Shown piece by piece: positions 1 to 16,382 of a stretch of DNA of 64,000 bases. Each line of letters opens with the position of its first letter. Position 1 is the stretch's first letter. Both the position numbers and the translations under genes were made by a program. This DNA is from the human T2T-CHM13v2.0 reference genome, Homo sapiens: assembly GCF_009914755.1 (NCBI RefSeq), contig NC_060929.1, one strand, 5' to 3'. The notes beneath the pieces were generated by a model that saw only the letters and a program-made list of their open reading frames with translations, was not told where the DNA came from and did not search any database.

Positions 1-194
1 AAGAGCAGCTGGTTATGAAGCATGGGCAGTACCCTTGGACAAGCAGCCAGGTAACAGGAGAACAGATCTGCTTTTACTGAATGTGCACTGAATGCCACAC
101 ATTATGCTGGAAACCTTTTACCCACCTACCTCATTTAATTCTTGCAAAACTGCTGCAAGAATACTTATTACCAGTCCTATTTAATAAAAGAGAA

Positions 195-469
195 GCTTGG
201 GTGAGGTGGCTCACATCTGTAATCCCAGCACTTTGGGAAGCTGAGATGGAAGAATTCCTTGAAGCCAGGAGTTCGAGACCAGCCTGAGCAATATAGCAAG
301 ATCCCATCTCTAAAAAAAAAAAAAAAAAAACTCCAGGTGTGGTGGAGGCTGAGGCAGGAGGATCACTTGAGCCCAGGAGTTTGACACTGCAGTGACCTCT
401 GATGGCACAACTGCACTCCAGCCTAGGCAACAAAGTGAGACCCTGTCTCAAAAACAAACAAACAAAAAA
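195..469 (+). mobile_element. Alu (AluJ-like, small right-arm deletion)
   Basis: GGTGGCTCACATCTGTAATCCCAGCACTTTGGG...GAGACCCTGTCTCAAAA. Confidence 0.9.
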
Positions 470-1043
470 ATAGATAAGAAATCGAGGCTCAGATTGGAGA
501 AGGGCTTGGCAAGTGCAGGAAGCTGGTAAGCTGGTAGTGACTGCCCTTCATATAGGAGACTACAAACGCCAAGTGCTCACTTTCAACACCTCTCCCCACC
601 TGGAGTGTTGGTGTGTGCCCCAATTCCCATTGATATGACCTAAGGGGGATCTCTTGGGGGATTGTATGAAGATTGACTCCCTAAGAGGGATCATCTCACT
701 TTTCTTCATTGCACATGCTCACCCTTCCCATGACATTTGGAGCTGTTGCATCATTCCACAGCCACGATGGCAAACATCATCAACTACCACTATTGGGATC
801 AACTGTCTACTCAAGCTACAGAAGCACTGTTGTGTTGATACACAAAGGAAGAGGGACAAACAGGTAGAGGCACGTCCTATGACTCTGACCCACTCCGAAG
901 CAGCCCTCCAGTGTCTGTATTGGCAAAGAGCAAAGGGAGCTGCTGCAAAGTAGAAATGTGGCTTCAAAGCCCCAGCCACAGCATCACGGAGCAGAACACA
1001 GAAAGGAGTACTTGAAGCATTAGACAATAAGAAGTGCAAAGGG

Positions 1044-1488
1044 TATGCTAACTTTCTAGGGCTGCCATAACAAATTACCTCAAATTAGGTGACTTAAAAT
1101 AACTGGAATTTATTCTCTCACAGTTTTTGAGGCCAGACATCTGAAATCAAGATGTTGATAGTGTCATGCTCCCGCGGGAGGCTGTAGAGAAAAATCTTTC
1201 CTTGCCTTTTCTGGCTTCTAGTGGTAGCTGGCAGTCCTTGGCATTTGTTGGCCTGTAGCTACATTGATCCCATTTCTGCCTCTGTCCACATGGCCATCTT
1301 CCTTTTGTGTGACCGTGTCTTCCCCTGGCCTTCTAATAAGGATATCAGTTATTAGACACTCTAATTTAATATAATCTCATTTTAACTAATGAGCATCTAC
1401 CAAATAAAGACCTATTTCCAAATAAAGTCAAATCCTGTGATCCCATGTGGACAAAAATTGTGGAGGGGACACTGTTGAACCTAGTACA
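1044..1488. mobile_element. MaLR solo LTR (MLT1C-like)
   Basis: GGGCTGCCATAACAAATTACC...TTTATTCTCTCACAGTT...CTAGTACA; near-TSD AAGGG/AAGGC. Confidence 0.8.
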
Positions 1489-1641
1489 AAGGCTTTAGTC
1501 TTTTATGGCAGGGTTGGAAGCTAGGAGGAGCCCAGGGCTGGAGTGAGACTTCATTCACTGGATGATCTGTCTGAGTAAGTGGTCAATAGGATAGCAGATC
1601 CCAAGAAAAGAGGCATTTGCATTTCTCTAAGAATACAAAGC

Positions 1642-1818
1642 ACTTGGATGACGGGAGGGAGAGCATCAGGAAAAATAGCTAAGGGATGCTGGGCTTAATA
1701 CCTAGGTGACGGGATGATCTGTGCGGATCTGTGAGCAAGCCACTATGGCACACATTTACTTACGTAATAAATCTGCACATCCTGCACATGTACCATTGAA
1801 CTTAAAAGTTGAAAAAAT
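1642..1818 (+). mobile_element. Very short 5'-truncated L1PA 3' end
   Basis: L1 3' UTR terminus (GGGCTTAATACCTAGGTGA...CTGCACATGTAC...AAAAGTTGAAAAAA); TSD AGAATACAAAGC at 1630-1641 and 1819-1830. Confidence 0.85.
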
Positions 1819-1920
1819 AGAATACAAAGCTCTTCCTGACTGCTCAAAGCTCAAGGTGTTGCCTTTTTCAAATGGGATGCAATAGCCTACTCATTTTCCA
1901 AGATTAAAGCTAGAGAGAAG

Positions 1921-1934
1921 AATGAATGAATGAA

Positions 1935-1973
<39 letters not shown>

Positions 1974-1974
1974 A
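1921..1974. repeat. (AATG)n(AATA)n tetranucleotide microsatellite
   Basis: Direct reading. Confidence 0.95.
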
Positions 1975-2410
1975 TGAGCAAAGTTAATATTAGCTGGAAA
2001 AAATAGGGTACAGGTGGAAGGAATGAACCCATATTGAGAGTCCACTATGTGTCAAATTCCTTGCATGGAATCTCTAAGGTCTGTCTAGCTTAAAAGCAAT
2101 GCCAGCCTTGCTATCTGTACTTGATGAGGAGATGGATCGGAAAGCAGTGGAGAACACAGGATGTGTGCTGGTAACTCTGAAGTGTGGTTCAAGCAGAGGG
2201 ACACAGAAAGCATTAATGCCGTAACTTCAATAGCACAAGGGCTAATAAACAGGAGAGAGTGTATTTAATATATTTAAGTTCTTTTCAAAGAAAATGTTTC
2301 GAGGCCATCTGGATTCAAATCCAGGCTCTGACACCTACCACCTGTGTACAGGTGCCTTAGCCACTCTGAGCCTCAGTTTTCTCATCTGTAGAATGGGAAT
2401 AACAACAGTA

Positions 2411-2705
<295 letters not shown>

Positions 2706-2725
2706 CAACAACAGTATTTACCTCA

Positions 2726-3062
<337 letters not shown>

Positions 3063-6000
3063 TTAATACTTGTAAAATACTTAGAATCATGTGCATGGTA
3101 CATATGTTAGATAAAACAGTGTTTGTGAAATACATATTGTAAGTGGCATCAGGGCATCAGGCAACTGTCTGTGGGGTTATGATGAGATCCTAAATGACCG
3201 TAATTTGTTGGTCATGCCATATTTATTTATGTTTATCATATGAGGTTTCCTTTCAGAATATTTTAGCAAGGGGTGGGTGTGTGTGTGTGTGTACGCACAC
3301 ACATGTTGAGGTGGGGCGGGGCAGGTTTCAGAAAAGAGGAGTAGAGAGCTGACAAAGATGGGTCAGTACAGTGAAATTTTGCATTTTCCTTCCTACTACA
3401 TCTTTGGGAAACCCATCCATACACGTGAATCACAGAGTCATAGAACTCCTTGAAGTCTGATAGAGACATGACAAGAGAAAAGAGGCTCCTCTCTTCCTTT
3501 GGATGAGATGAGAACAGGAGGTTGCTACCTGCCGTCTTTCCCATCTTTCTCAGTCTGTGTAAAAGCCTACCTGAAAACATCTAGTGGGAACCTAAGGCAA
3601 GAGATGAGAGAAAGAAAAAACTCCTTCATACCATTTGATCCCCTGGATCACACTGTACCTGATGTCCTCCTTGCATATCCCAGTAACATCATTCATTATT
3701 TTTTCTTATATGTATATATCAATTTGGGCTGGCTTTTTTTTTTCTTGTGCTACCAAAAGAATACCATCTGATCTGCTTGAGTCATTCAGTGAAGTTATTT
3801 TTAATTTTAAATGGACACGAGTAAAAAAAAATTATGGCATTCCTAAGAGATAACCAAAGCTCAACCCAAGAATCTCTGACTTAAGCTTTCCAAAATCTGG
3901 ACACACATTCGGAGTTTGGTTTCTTCATGGGGGATCTTCTCAGACATTCTGTTTCTCATAGAGTTTGCACTTACCCCTAGGCCACTGTGGGGTGGCCTTC
4001 CTGCCCAATCAAGCCATTCCCCCAGGTCCCTGCACCAGCATCAGCCCACTTACAAGTCCAGGAAGGGCAACAAAGCAATCAGTGTCCCAATTGGCAGACT
4101 CAAGGGGAAGACTCCTGACCCCTGTGCCCCATCAAACTTCACAGTGCATTGACTTGATTTATGAAAAAGGTTATGAAAGCATGTAAGAGCTCTTGCTGGA
4201 AAGAAAATTATCTGTATAAACAAAGTGTTATTATGGGAATCAGGGAGGCTGCATGCGGGAAAGGTCATTAAAATAAGACAAAAACTGTCATATCAGTCTT
4301 TTCTAAATCACTAAACTTACATGAGAGAAGTTAAATATCTTTATATCTCACTGGTTCCTTTTTGATCATTAGTCTTTCTAGCTCACAAGGGGACATTCAC
4401 AGATGCTGAACTGTAGAGTACTTTAAATTAGAGGGAATTTCTAAGACATCACTTGTGAAGTTGGATTTTTTAAGGAGGGCTCAATTAGAGAATGTTGGGT
4501 AATACAGAGCAGGCTTTGGAGTCCCTGGGGTGTTATTTTCTCTTCTACAAATGAAAGACCAATTTTTTTCCTTTGCTTCATTTGACAGGATTTGATATTT
4601 TCCACTCTTTCTCCTAATGAGGGGAATACACAACAATTACACTATATACAGTGGTATACTTCACAGATATGGTGTTCAGGCTTTGGGTTAAGAAAACAAA
4701 TCCTGTTAGTAGATTAGTTTGTATTAAAAATCTTTCTGAGCTAGGGCCAGATCCTCCCATGAAAATCATGTTCGTAAACAGTTGGTTCCATTAAGATGTT
4801 TTGCTCAAGTTTGGCTGTCAGAGCCAGATTCTTTTATTCTTAAGAAGAGTTTTGACAGCCAAGTTCAGACTACTGATCCATATTCTTCAAGCACATGAGC
4901 AATATAAAGTGCCTTTGATTTCCCCTTTATTTGTTCTTTGGACCTTTAATTCTGGATCTTAAAGACAATGAGATTAAACTAAATATTCTCAAAAGTTGTG
5001 TTTGGAATGTATAATTAGGTGCAATTAAATGGTAATAGGAAGATAATATGGTGATATTTTAGCTAAGGACCCTAGCACTACCTAAATTCTTGCCTTGGGT
5101 GCACCACTACTTCTTTCAGAATATCTCCAAGGGAGATATTCAACAAAGCAGACAAAGTACAAGGGCTTTGACCCCAAAAGCCAAAGTGGAATTCAAGCTG
5201 GCTGGGCTAGAATCCATAGAGAGCTTCTGTAGTCAAGCAAGACAGGTTTGAATGGACTAGAAGCAAGTGGAAAGACTATTCTGGCTGAACAAAGCCTAAC
5301 TAGTTGTATGTTTATCCCTGGGAAGCTTTCAGTGCCTAAAGCTGAACTGGGCATTCTTAGGATCTAGTGGAGAAAAACATCCAAAAAGAGATGCCTGGAC
5401 CTTCTCCCAGTGCAACAGGACCAGGCCAGTGTACCACCCAGAAGGAGAGGAAATGGAGCTTTTAATGCTGTACAGTGACTCACTCCACCCAAAGTGGCTG
5501 ACTCTATCCATAATTCCCCTTTTGCCAGGTGGAGGAAAGGGGCTGGAATGAAGGAGAGTAGAGTTAATGAGAACTAAAATGTAAAAATCCTTCATATTCT
5601 CACAATTGTATATGTTAACATATGTCTTCTTGCTTCCTTTAGGAGACCCACTATCTCAATTGCATTAGTGTTGTCTTTATATAATGCCAGACATAATTCA
5701 CATCCAATTTGTGGATTTGGACACATAGTAAAACAGAAAAAATCTGTGATATGTGCTAGAGCCCCCACATATGCCCAAAGTCTTCCAAATCTATTTAAAA
5801 CACAATCATGCTGTGAACATCTATTATTTTGCTGTCTGGAATCTTGTAACCTTTTTTCTGGTAGTGATACCCTAATTTCCCCACTTTCAACTCATGTGCT
5901 TCCAATGGAGTTGACTCTAACCCTAACTCAAGAGTGGGGTGGATGAACCAGATCTGGCCAATCAAAGTCCTGATTTTTTATGGCATCAGTAATCAAACCA

Positions 6001-6977
6001 AAGCTAAGCACATGGACTAACCTACTCCAATAAGAGTGGCATTTTCTTTGGAAATACTAGAATAAAGATGCTCACTTTTCAACTGGATTTTAACCTAGAA
6101 TCATGCAGTTCCAAGAGCTCATGACAGTAGTCTTTCAACCATAAGAAATAAATCACAGAGAATAGAGAAACATAGAAGCAACATAGCTGAGAAATGTACA
6201 GAAAAAAATTGAGTTCTGGTGACATCATTTGTTCTCTTGGGCTCTGTACCAAGCCATATCTGATGCTGTTATGCTCCTAAATTGCTTGATTTACAAGAGA
6301 CAATAAATTCCTTCCCATACTTAAGCCAGTTTTGGTTGAATTTTTATCTTTTATAGACAAATAAATCACATGAATGTACATTTTATAAAAATTACCCAGG
6401 ATAAACTAATAGCAAAGGATGAAATAAAGGCAATTCTGTAAATTCTCACAATAATAATAAAGGTTAGAGCTGAAATTGAGTACTTACTATGCGTCAGGCC
6501 TTGTTTTAACTTCATTGTATGTTTTAACTCATTTAATCCTAACCCCAAATCCACCAGGTAGGTGTTATTATTTTTTCCTTTAACAGATGAGGAAAGTGTG
6601 GCATTAAGAGGTCAAGAAAACTGCCCAAGATCACTCAGTAATAAGATGGCACTCAAATACTAACCCAGGCAATCTGATATCCCAGAGCTTGAGTGCTTAA
6701 TTGATATATTTTATTGCTAAGAACCTCTTGCCACCCGCCCCCCACCAAAGATACTTTTAAACACCAGCTATAAAGTTCACTGGGTCACCTTATTGGTATA
6801 AAGATTAAAAGGTGGCCTTAATGGGAAAATAAAGAGCCTCTTTAATCTGTATTATAACTGGAGTCTTCTATGTTAAGAGAATGTTAGCATGGCCTTGAGC
6901 ATCAGTCTGTTCAGTCCAGGCACAAAAACTGGTGTTTTCAAATCTTTTTCTGCGGGATGGGTAGTAGGGAAAGAATA

Positions 6978-7337
6978 TGTCTTAGTCTGTTCAGGTTTCT
7001 CTAGCAAAATGCCTTAGATTGAGTAACTTATAAACAACAGAAATGTATTGTGCACAGTTCTGGAGGCTGGGAAATCCAAGATAAAGATGCCAGTAGACTT
7101 GGTGTCTGGTGGGTGCCCATATCTCATAGATGGCACCTTCTATGTATAAGCACGTGGTGGAAGGCACCAGGGAGCTTGCTCTAACTTCTTTTACAAGGGC
7201 ACTGATCCTATTTATGAGGGTGGATCCCTCATGACTTAATCACTTCCCAAAGGCCCCACCTCTTTATACCATCACATTGGGTATTAGCTTCCCACATATG
7301 AAAGTTGAGGGGATTCAGACATTCAGACTATATAGCA
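6978..7337. mobile_element. MaLR solo LTR (MLT1A/MST-like)
   Basis: TGTCTTAGTCTGTTCAGG...CACAGTTCTGGAGGCTGGGAAATCCAAGAT...ATTCAGACTATATAGCA. Confidence 0.8.
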
Positions 7338-7541
7338 GGGTAGAAGTCAGAATATGCGGCAATGGGGCATAAAAACAAGACTTAAATTTCCAGCTGTCTT
7401 CACATTCAAAGGGGTCCCCTCCTATAGGTAGTTCAAGACAATAGTGCAATCTAGCAGGGCCAAGAGTGATGGTCAAAAGCAGTCAGATATATTACCAGAG
7501 ACCCAAGTAATCAATTTATTGGCAGCAGGCCCTTCAATCTC

Positions 7542-7951
7542 TGTTATGGGCTAAATTGTCTCTCCACTCCCCCAAAAATGCACATGTTGAAGCCCTAACC
7601 CCCAGAACCTCAGTATATGACTATAACTGGAGACAGAGCCTTTAAGAGGTAATTAAATGAAAATGAAACTATTAAGGTGGGCCCTAATCCAATCTGGACT
7701 GGTGTCCTTATAAGAAGAGGAGCTGAGAACAGAAGGAGAGACACCAGGGATGTGCAACTAGAGAGAAAATGTAATGTGGGGGTACAGTGAGAAGGTAGCC
7801 ATCTGCAAGCCAAGAAGAGAAGCCTCAGAAGAAATCAAAGCTGCTGACACTTGATCCTAAACTTTCAACCTCCAGATTTGTGAGTAAATACGTTTTTGTT
7901 GTTTACACCACCCAGTCTGTGCTACTTTGTGATGACACAGCAAACTAAGAC
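7542..7951. mobile_element. MaLR solo LTR (MLT1B-like), opposite orientation to the LTR at 6978
   Basis: TGTTATGGGCTAAATTGTC...CCCTAATCCAATCTGGACTGGTGTCCTTATAAGAAGAGG...AAACTAAGAC. Confidence 0.8.
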
Positions 7952-9048
7952 TGTCCCTACCTGATAGTTCAGAGTAAGAGATGCACAGTCAACCTCAAGA
8001 CTGGGAGCTCTGCATCCACCTAGATAGGGCTTATTAAAATCCAGGCAGGATGCCACGGCTCCTAGCCAAATAGAGAACTAGAATGCTAATCAAAATGCCT
8101 AGGTAAAACTGAAATTGCAGGAACAGGCCAATGGACGGGTTCGAGAGGCATTAAATCTGACATCCAGAGTAAAATCCTAGCTCTGCTTCTCACTAGCTGT
8201 GTGATTTTGTGTGACTTTAATAACTCTGAGCCTGGGTTTCCTCATCTATGAGGCTCCTTACCTCATGGAGGTAGCAAGTATTAAATTAAAAAGATAATGT
8301 GTGAGATACATTTAGCACAGTTCCAAACCATGGTTGGTACTCAATAAATAGAAGCTATGTGGTAGCTGAGTTTTGGTAGATGACACGTGCCTAGGGTTCA
8401 CTCTAGTTAGAAGCTACAACTTTATACCTGGATCACTGCCCAGCCCTGGCTGGTGGACCTGAGCCTCTAGGCTGGCTGTCTGCCTTGGTGGAGATTAACT
8501 TCACTCTTGGGTTGTGCTGCAGTTCAAGGTCCATATCTGAGCAGGCTGAGAAAGCCAGGGCTGAGATTTTTTTCTCCATGCCCTTATACATAGATAAATC
8601 TATCCAACAGGGTCATCTTTCAACAAAAAGACAAAACAGGCATAAATTCCAACATCTTATTTAGTGCCCCCTTCAAAGCACCCTGTCCCTCTAGGCCTCC
8701 CTTGAATATTGGTGGAAGAAAGCTCCAGATGAGGAAATGCAAGAAATAGTATGCAAGGAAAGGATTATCATTTTGATATGTGGATGCCATTTGCCTAAAA
8801 AACAGCTTTTGAATAATCAGAAACAAACTAAAAAACAGCAAACTAGAGCTGTACATCAGAAATGCCCCAGACCACTGCTACAACAAAATTTAAAAGATCT
8901 TTTTAATTAATTATGATTCTAGGAAAGGAGTTTTCTTAAATGAAAGCTAGATTTTAAATCACTTATTGAAATTCAGTCATGTTGTAGGGGTGGGTGGGAA
9001 TCTTTTTTTAAGACATTTCTGTCAAGGGTGACTTTGTTTACTGTTTTG

Positions 9049-9361
<313 letters not shown>

Positions 9362-10282
9362 TTTGTTTACTTTCACTGCTGAATAAGAAACCCATTTACA
9401 ATGCCAAACCATGATAACAAAATTGATCCTGTTATGGCAAATGTCATTGCCCTGGCCTACAGACTATTCATTGCAAACTACATTTAATAATAAACATTTG
9501 CAGAACCACCAAGAATGGAAAAACTATGAGTGCCATTTCCCATTCAAAGGTCTACAGGAAACTGAATGGGAGACCCACACAGTGTAGGAGGGTCTCCGCT
9601 GTTGAACTTGGTGGAGTGTATACTTAGCATATCTCGAGGGAGGATGGCTGGAAGTGGGTAGGGAAGGAGGAATCAGAATCATGGGGGAGTCAAAATAGTC
9701 ACCAGGAAAACAAAATAGAAGTGTGAGGCAGGGAAAGAAATCGAGAGGTGAGTAGCAGCCTTAGCAGACATGAACCTAAAGCGTAAGTGGGAGAGAAGTG
9801 GGAAGTCAGAACTGGGGCTGTGAACAGTGCATGCCACGTTTCTTTATGAGGTTGGGTAAATAAAGAATATAGGGCTGGACATCAACTAAAATCTATTTCC
9901 TGACATGCATTGTTGGGAAAGCCTGTCTTACTGAGAAAGACTCGATTATTGTACAAAGCCATCAAAAAGTATTCTAAGTGGTGTGCTGAATTTCCATAAG
10001 AGTAAAGAAAATTTTCAATGTTAGTGTTTATGCCTACAACATTACTGCAAGTTTTAGTCCTAATAATTGAAACTAACTGACAAATTAAAAACAGAATGAC
10101 TATAAGCCAGAGGTTGCAGCTTGGGTATCTATGGGCTGAGTCTATCTGTGCTTGCCTTGAACAGTGTTTTTTAAAAAGAACTACTTGCAGTTAGAATGGA
10201 ACTTCCATTCTTTTGGCTTTACATTTTATACAGACATACCTCATTTTATTGCACTTTGCTTTATTGACCTTCACAGACATTG

Positions 10283-10321
<39 letters not shown>

Positions 10322-11059
10322 TGAAGGTTTGTGGCAAACCTCCATCAAGCAAGTCTATCAGAGCCATTTTTTCCAACAACATATTCAGGTTTCTATGTTA
10401 CGTTTTGGTAATTCTCACAGTATTTCAAACTTTTTATGATTTCAAACTTTTTATTGTTATCTGTTATGGTGATCAGTGATCTTTAATGTTACTATTGCAA
10501 TTGTTTCGAGATGCTGCAAACTACACCTATATAAGACAGCAAACTTAATTGATAAATGTGTGTACTCTCTGCCCAGCCAACTGGCTGTTCTCCCATCTCT
10601 CTTCCTCTCCTTGGGCCTTCCTATTCCCCGAGAAACAATAAAATTGAAATTAAGGCCAATTAATAACCCTACAATTGCCTCTAAGTGTTAAAGTGAAAGG
10701 GACAACTGATAATTGAAGGAAAGGAAGAGAAGATAATTGATGAAGGTGGCTATACTACACAACAGATTGTCAATGTATTAATAGCTGAAACAGCCTTTTA
10801 TTGGAATAAGATGCCATCCAGGACTTTCATAGCCAGAAAGTAAAAGTCAATGCCTGGCTTCAAAACTTCAATGGACGGGATACTCTTTTGTCAGGGCCTA
10901 ATGCAGGTGGTAACCGTAAGTTGAAGCCAATGCTCATTTGCCTTTCTGAAAATCCTAAGGCCCTTAAGAATGATGCTAAATTTACTCTGTCTGAGCCCTA
11001 GAAATGGAACAATAAAGCCTGGATGAAAGTACATCTGTTTACCAGTATGATTTACTGAA

Positions 11060-11195
11060 TTTTTTTCCTTCTTTTTTTGAGACAGGGTCTCATTATGTTG
11101 CCCAGACTGGTCTTGAATGCCTGGGCTCAAGTGGTTTTTCTGCCTCAGCCTCCAGAGTACCTGGGATTATACACATGCACCACCACATCCAGCAG
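11060..11195 (-). mobile_element. Alu monomer (FLAM-like) inside Tigger1
   Basis: GAGACAGGGTCTCATTATGTTGCCCAGACTGG...; TSD TTTACTGAAT. Confidence 0.8.
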
Positions 11196-11428
11196 TTTAC
11201 TGAATATTTTAAGCCCATTGTTGAGACCTGCTGCAAAAAAAAAAAAAAATTGCTTTCAAGGTATTACTGATCATTGACAATGCACCTAGTCATCCAAGAA
11301 TTCTGATGGAGATGTACAATGTGATTAATGTTATTTTCATGCCTGATATCACAACATCATTCTGCAGCCCATGGATCAAGGAATAATTTTGACTTTCAAG
11401 TCTTATTATCTAAGAAATACATTTTGTA

Positions 11429-11815
<387 letters not shown>

Positions 11816-14800
11816 TCACCATTCTAGATGCCATTAAGAACATTCATAATTCATGAAAGGAGGTCAAAATATTAACATTAACAGGAATTTAGAAGAAATT
11901 TATTCCAACACTCATGATGACTTTGAGGGGTTCAAGACTTCAGTGGAGGAAGTAACTGCAAACGTGGTGGAAATAGCAAGAGAACTAGAAGTGCAGCCTG
12001 AAGATGTGACTGAATTGCTGCAATCTCATGATGAAACTTGAACAAATGAGAGTTGTTTCTTATGGATGAGCAAAGTGGTTTTTTGAGATGGAATCTACTC
12101 CTGGTGAAGATGCTGTGAGCATTGTTGAAATGACAACAAATGATTTAGAATATTACATGAACTTAGTTGATAACGCAGTGGCAGCATTTGAGAGAATTGA
12201 CTCCAATTTTGAAAGTTTACTCTGGTCAAAATGCTGTCAAATAGTATTGCATACTACAGAGAAAACTTTCATGAAAAGAAGCAAACTTCATTGTTATCCT
12301 AAGTAATTGCCTCAGTCACCCCAACCTTCAGCAACAACAACCTTAATTAGTCAGCAGCTGCCAACATCCAGGCCAGACCCTCCACCAGCAGAAAAAGATT
12401 ATGACTCAGTAAAGGCTTGGATGATCGTTAGCATTTTTTAGCAATAAAGTATTTTTTAATGAAGTACATTGTCTTTTTGGACATAATGCTATTGCATACT
12501 TAATAGACTACATTATAGTGTAAGCATAACTTTTATTAGCATTGGGAAATCAAAAAATTCACGTGATATGCTGTATTATGATATTTGTTTTATTGGAGTG
12601 GTCTGTAACCAAACCTGCAAAATCTTTGCGTTATTCTCGTGTATGTAGTAGTGTGGTGGTTTGAAGTAGGGGGAATTTCTACTCTAGGAGCTCTCTGAAC
12701 TCTCTCCCTGATGGGTAGGAGGTTATTTCCAACATTCATTAGTCCTTTCTTTATTGGGTAAAGTTATTAACAATCTGAGAGCACGATGATTTCTCTTTTT
12801 TTACCCTTTCTCCCCTGACAAGGCTGTTCTGCATACCAAAGATTTCTTCTGAGAGCGGTAATTAGAAAATATATTTTGGCTAGAGATTGCAGCATTGTTC
12901 TCCAATCAGTTTTATCAGTAATAATGCTGACATCTTGATCTCCATCTGTCTTACTCCTGTGTCATTTCTTAATTCATAATGAACAAAGAGGAGAAGGAGG
13001 ATGTTGTTATTAATTGGCTGCCTCAAGCTCCAAGAGACTGCCAGCATTTAAACATTGGGAAATTTCATATAAAGATCTAGATTTCTGACATGTTAAAAAA
13101 TGGATTATTTGGCAGGGCTGGGACATATCTGCACATGGTATCAATTGGGCTGAAGCTGAGTAATGGCTGTCACCTTTATATGGGACATGAATTCTCCTGT
13201 TTGCCATAGTCTCCACCACTCCATATTACCTTACACCTAGTCATTTAATTTAGCCGTCTTGTCTCGGCATTTAAGTTTGCAATTCCTACTCTAATCATAT
13301 ACATGTCCCTGTTTAGAAAATAGATTTTTTTCTACATTAGTGAAATCCTGATTATTGAATAGAATGGTTAGTGAAACGTTTGAAAACCATTGGTATGGAA
13401 GATCTCGTATCTGTAAGTCTCACTGCGAAGCTACTGTTCTGGCATTCTGGTTCCTGATTCAGAGGAGCTACACATCTCTGTTGTTTCATCCCACTGCACC
13501 CTCAATGCAACATAGAACTACATCAACTATTTTTTTTCTACTTTCAGGTGAGACTGCACCTGTCAGCTCAGAAAAAAAAAAAAAACTATTTAAAGCCCTA
13601 TAGTTAAGAAAATTCCCCATATATAGTTTATATTTTGTGTCCAGGCATTGTAGATTGTATCTTTCTGGCCAAAGTAGAGAATTGGAAAAATTATTGAACT
13701 AGTTTAAGCAAAACACATGTCAGATGACCCAGGTAATTTCCAGAAAAGCCAATGTTTTCTCTGAATTAGAGTACTCGGACAATTGCCTCAACCATGTGTA
13801 TTAGTTAGGTCATGGAGACTGAAACTGTGTTTTCACAACTAAAATGACTACAGTTGAACCAGCCATGGAGGCCTGTCTCAAAAACAGAATTTTGCTGCAT
13901 CACTGTGGATCAAACGACCCTTAACACAATCAGTTGTGGGGATAGTAAAGCATATTAATTTCATTGTCCTAAAGCAATTTAACCATATTACATAGATATG
14001 ACTAACATTAAACTTTTTCTCCCAGTTTCATTTTATAAGATAGCAAAATGACTAATCAACCAATTGTCTAACCCAAATGATAACAACAGCTGACTTGACA
14101 TTTTTATTTAATTGATGGCAAATCTGCAATTCTTTTAGATAGTTATATTCTAGGTGCTGCAAGCTAAGATTTAGCCTTCTTAATTATTTTTTGCTTTTTT
14201 TTTTTATAACCTCACATTTGCCTCCTTCACACACCCTGCTTAGATGACTTTCAAATAAAGCTAAACTCCCCCATTGGATTGCTGTCTATGGGCTCTTGCC
14301 CATGTCTTTTCTGTCTGAAAATGAAGTCTCTCTTCTCGCTTACCTTCTGAAAATCTAATATTGACCTTTTTTGTAAGGTGAGGCATCCCCTAATCATACC
14401 TGGAATCCTGGCCACCACAATATCATTCACTTCAGAAAATAAATACAAACTAAATATGACTCCAGATTTAAATGCAGAAACTTGAATAAGCACCACAGAT
14501 TGGAGTATTTGGCTTTATTTCTTGCTGTGAGTCAGAGCCAGGAGGTTCCCATTAAGGTGTATATGAATTATATTACTCCATGCTGAAGTTTGTCTATAAC
14601 GTAATGTTGTAAGGCAGCCAAGTTCTTCCAGCAATCTCATGGACCAATATTCAAAACATATCAGTATCTCATTAGATCCTTCATTTTACAAAAAAAAAAA
14701 AAGCTTTGCATTCTACTTAGCAAGCTATAGTTACATAGATATTTTGTTTTAGGGAAAAGTAAAATCCGTTTTAAATAAGCTTATTACTTCCATTGTATTG

Positions 14801-16382
14801 GTACCTATCAGGTTGTCACATTCATCTGGAACGAGTTGCCATGAAAAGAGGAAATAAATGCATAGAATTATGGATGGAGTGTACTTTGATATAGTTCAAA
14901 GAAATAGGAGGGGCATTTTCAGGGAAAATTTGTTCTACATCCCCATTACTGTCCTAAACCAGCAAAAAATTCCTTAAGCTAAGTCACATGGCAGGACAAA
15001 AACTGTTCAAATAAGCTCAAACCATGAGGAAAAAGGGCAACAAGTATTTTCTCTTCAGCTTCAAACTTCTTTCTTTTCTTCTTGCTCCTCTCTTTTAAAT
15101 GAATCCTTAAGAATTTTAGGCAAATATGTATTTTAAAAAGTGCTGAATTCCAAAATATTTAATAATGGAAGAAAAGAGTTGACTGCTAATCCCCTCCCAC
15201 ATCTACTCCTTATTCTTCAAAAGCCACTTCAAATGAGAACTTGTGAAGACAGCCTCATCAGTAAGTCATCTCTCACCCTAGTGAGTCACCACCTTCAGAG
15301 GTGGATGACCTGGTAAGATGAAACATACTGAGATTCAAAAGCTCCCATGGACTGATGGTCCCAGCACTATAGCTGGAAGGTCCCTTTTCTTGCCTTTCTT
15401 ATGCTGGTGTTCTATGCTAAAAAGAGAGTGATTATTTCATCAACTCCAGAAGCGAGACATGAAGAATTAGGGCTGATAGAACTTGGAACTAAGGAATATA
15501 ATCACGTTTTCTAGGAAGAGGAAAGGAAATAAACACACTGAAAAAGAAACCCAGCACAAAACAAAAAATTAACACGAATGTATTAAACCTTTAAAGAGTG
15601 TATTATTGAGAGTCCTTGAAGAAGTAAACCTGTATTCTCCATGGCCATTGAGAAAAATAAAATAAAATGGCATTGACATATACCTGGAGAAGACAAGTTA
15701 TATATTAAGCAACGGTTCATGATCAGGCAAGCATCTTCTTCCAAATAGGTCTTTAAAATTGAAATAATGATCATTTCTTGCTCTGAGCAAGCCAGTGAAT
15801 GAAGTCTGTAGCAGAACCAGTGCATCATGTTTTCCTCCTCTTCCAACCTATTTCGTAAACTCTCACTACTAACTGGTGACAAATGGGTTGGTCCTTGTGT
15901 GTTTTGCTCCCATCAAATGTTGCCATGCATTTTCTGTTTGCACATGCCTTATGTCTTCTACTAGTTGGAGAGCTTTTGAAGGAAATAACTCTGGTCTTGC
16001 TCATCTTTGCAAGAGTATGCTATGGAAACATCGTTATTAAAGTTTCAGTTTATAAAGCAATATAAGGCAAAAGTCTTATCTGGCCAAATCATCCTTGGAA
16101 ATTTCTTAGAAAGGGGCAATTTGACAACCATGGGTCATTAAGTCCAACATGGCCAGTTTTCTCTCAGTGCTGGAACAGGCCAGTGTATCATTAAATCCTT
16201 TATTTTTATGAAGCTTTACATTCTACTGGTTTTGGTTGACAACCAGTTGGCTGGTGAGTAGGCTTATATTGTTTGAAAATATAAATATAAACATGAGTGT
16301 TACGAGATGTCTCAACCATGAAAGGTACACAAAGTGTGATACTGGATAAGAAAAGAGAACATTGCTGTCTCTCATCTCATGC

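Noticed and set aside
81-457. Alu-derived ORFs here and at 2723, 2847, 9221, 11600, 16379, 41453-41986, 48924, 54138, 59092 and 61610
   Set aside because: Typical Alu translation products ([22 protein letters not shown]).
11853-12306. TIGD1-like ORFs as a domesticated transposase gene
   Set aside because: Fragments of a decayed Tigger1 with an internal deletion, stops and two Alu insertions.
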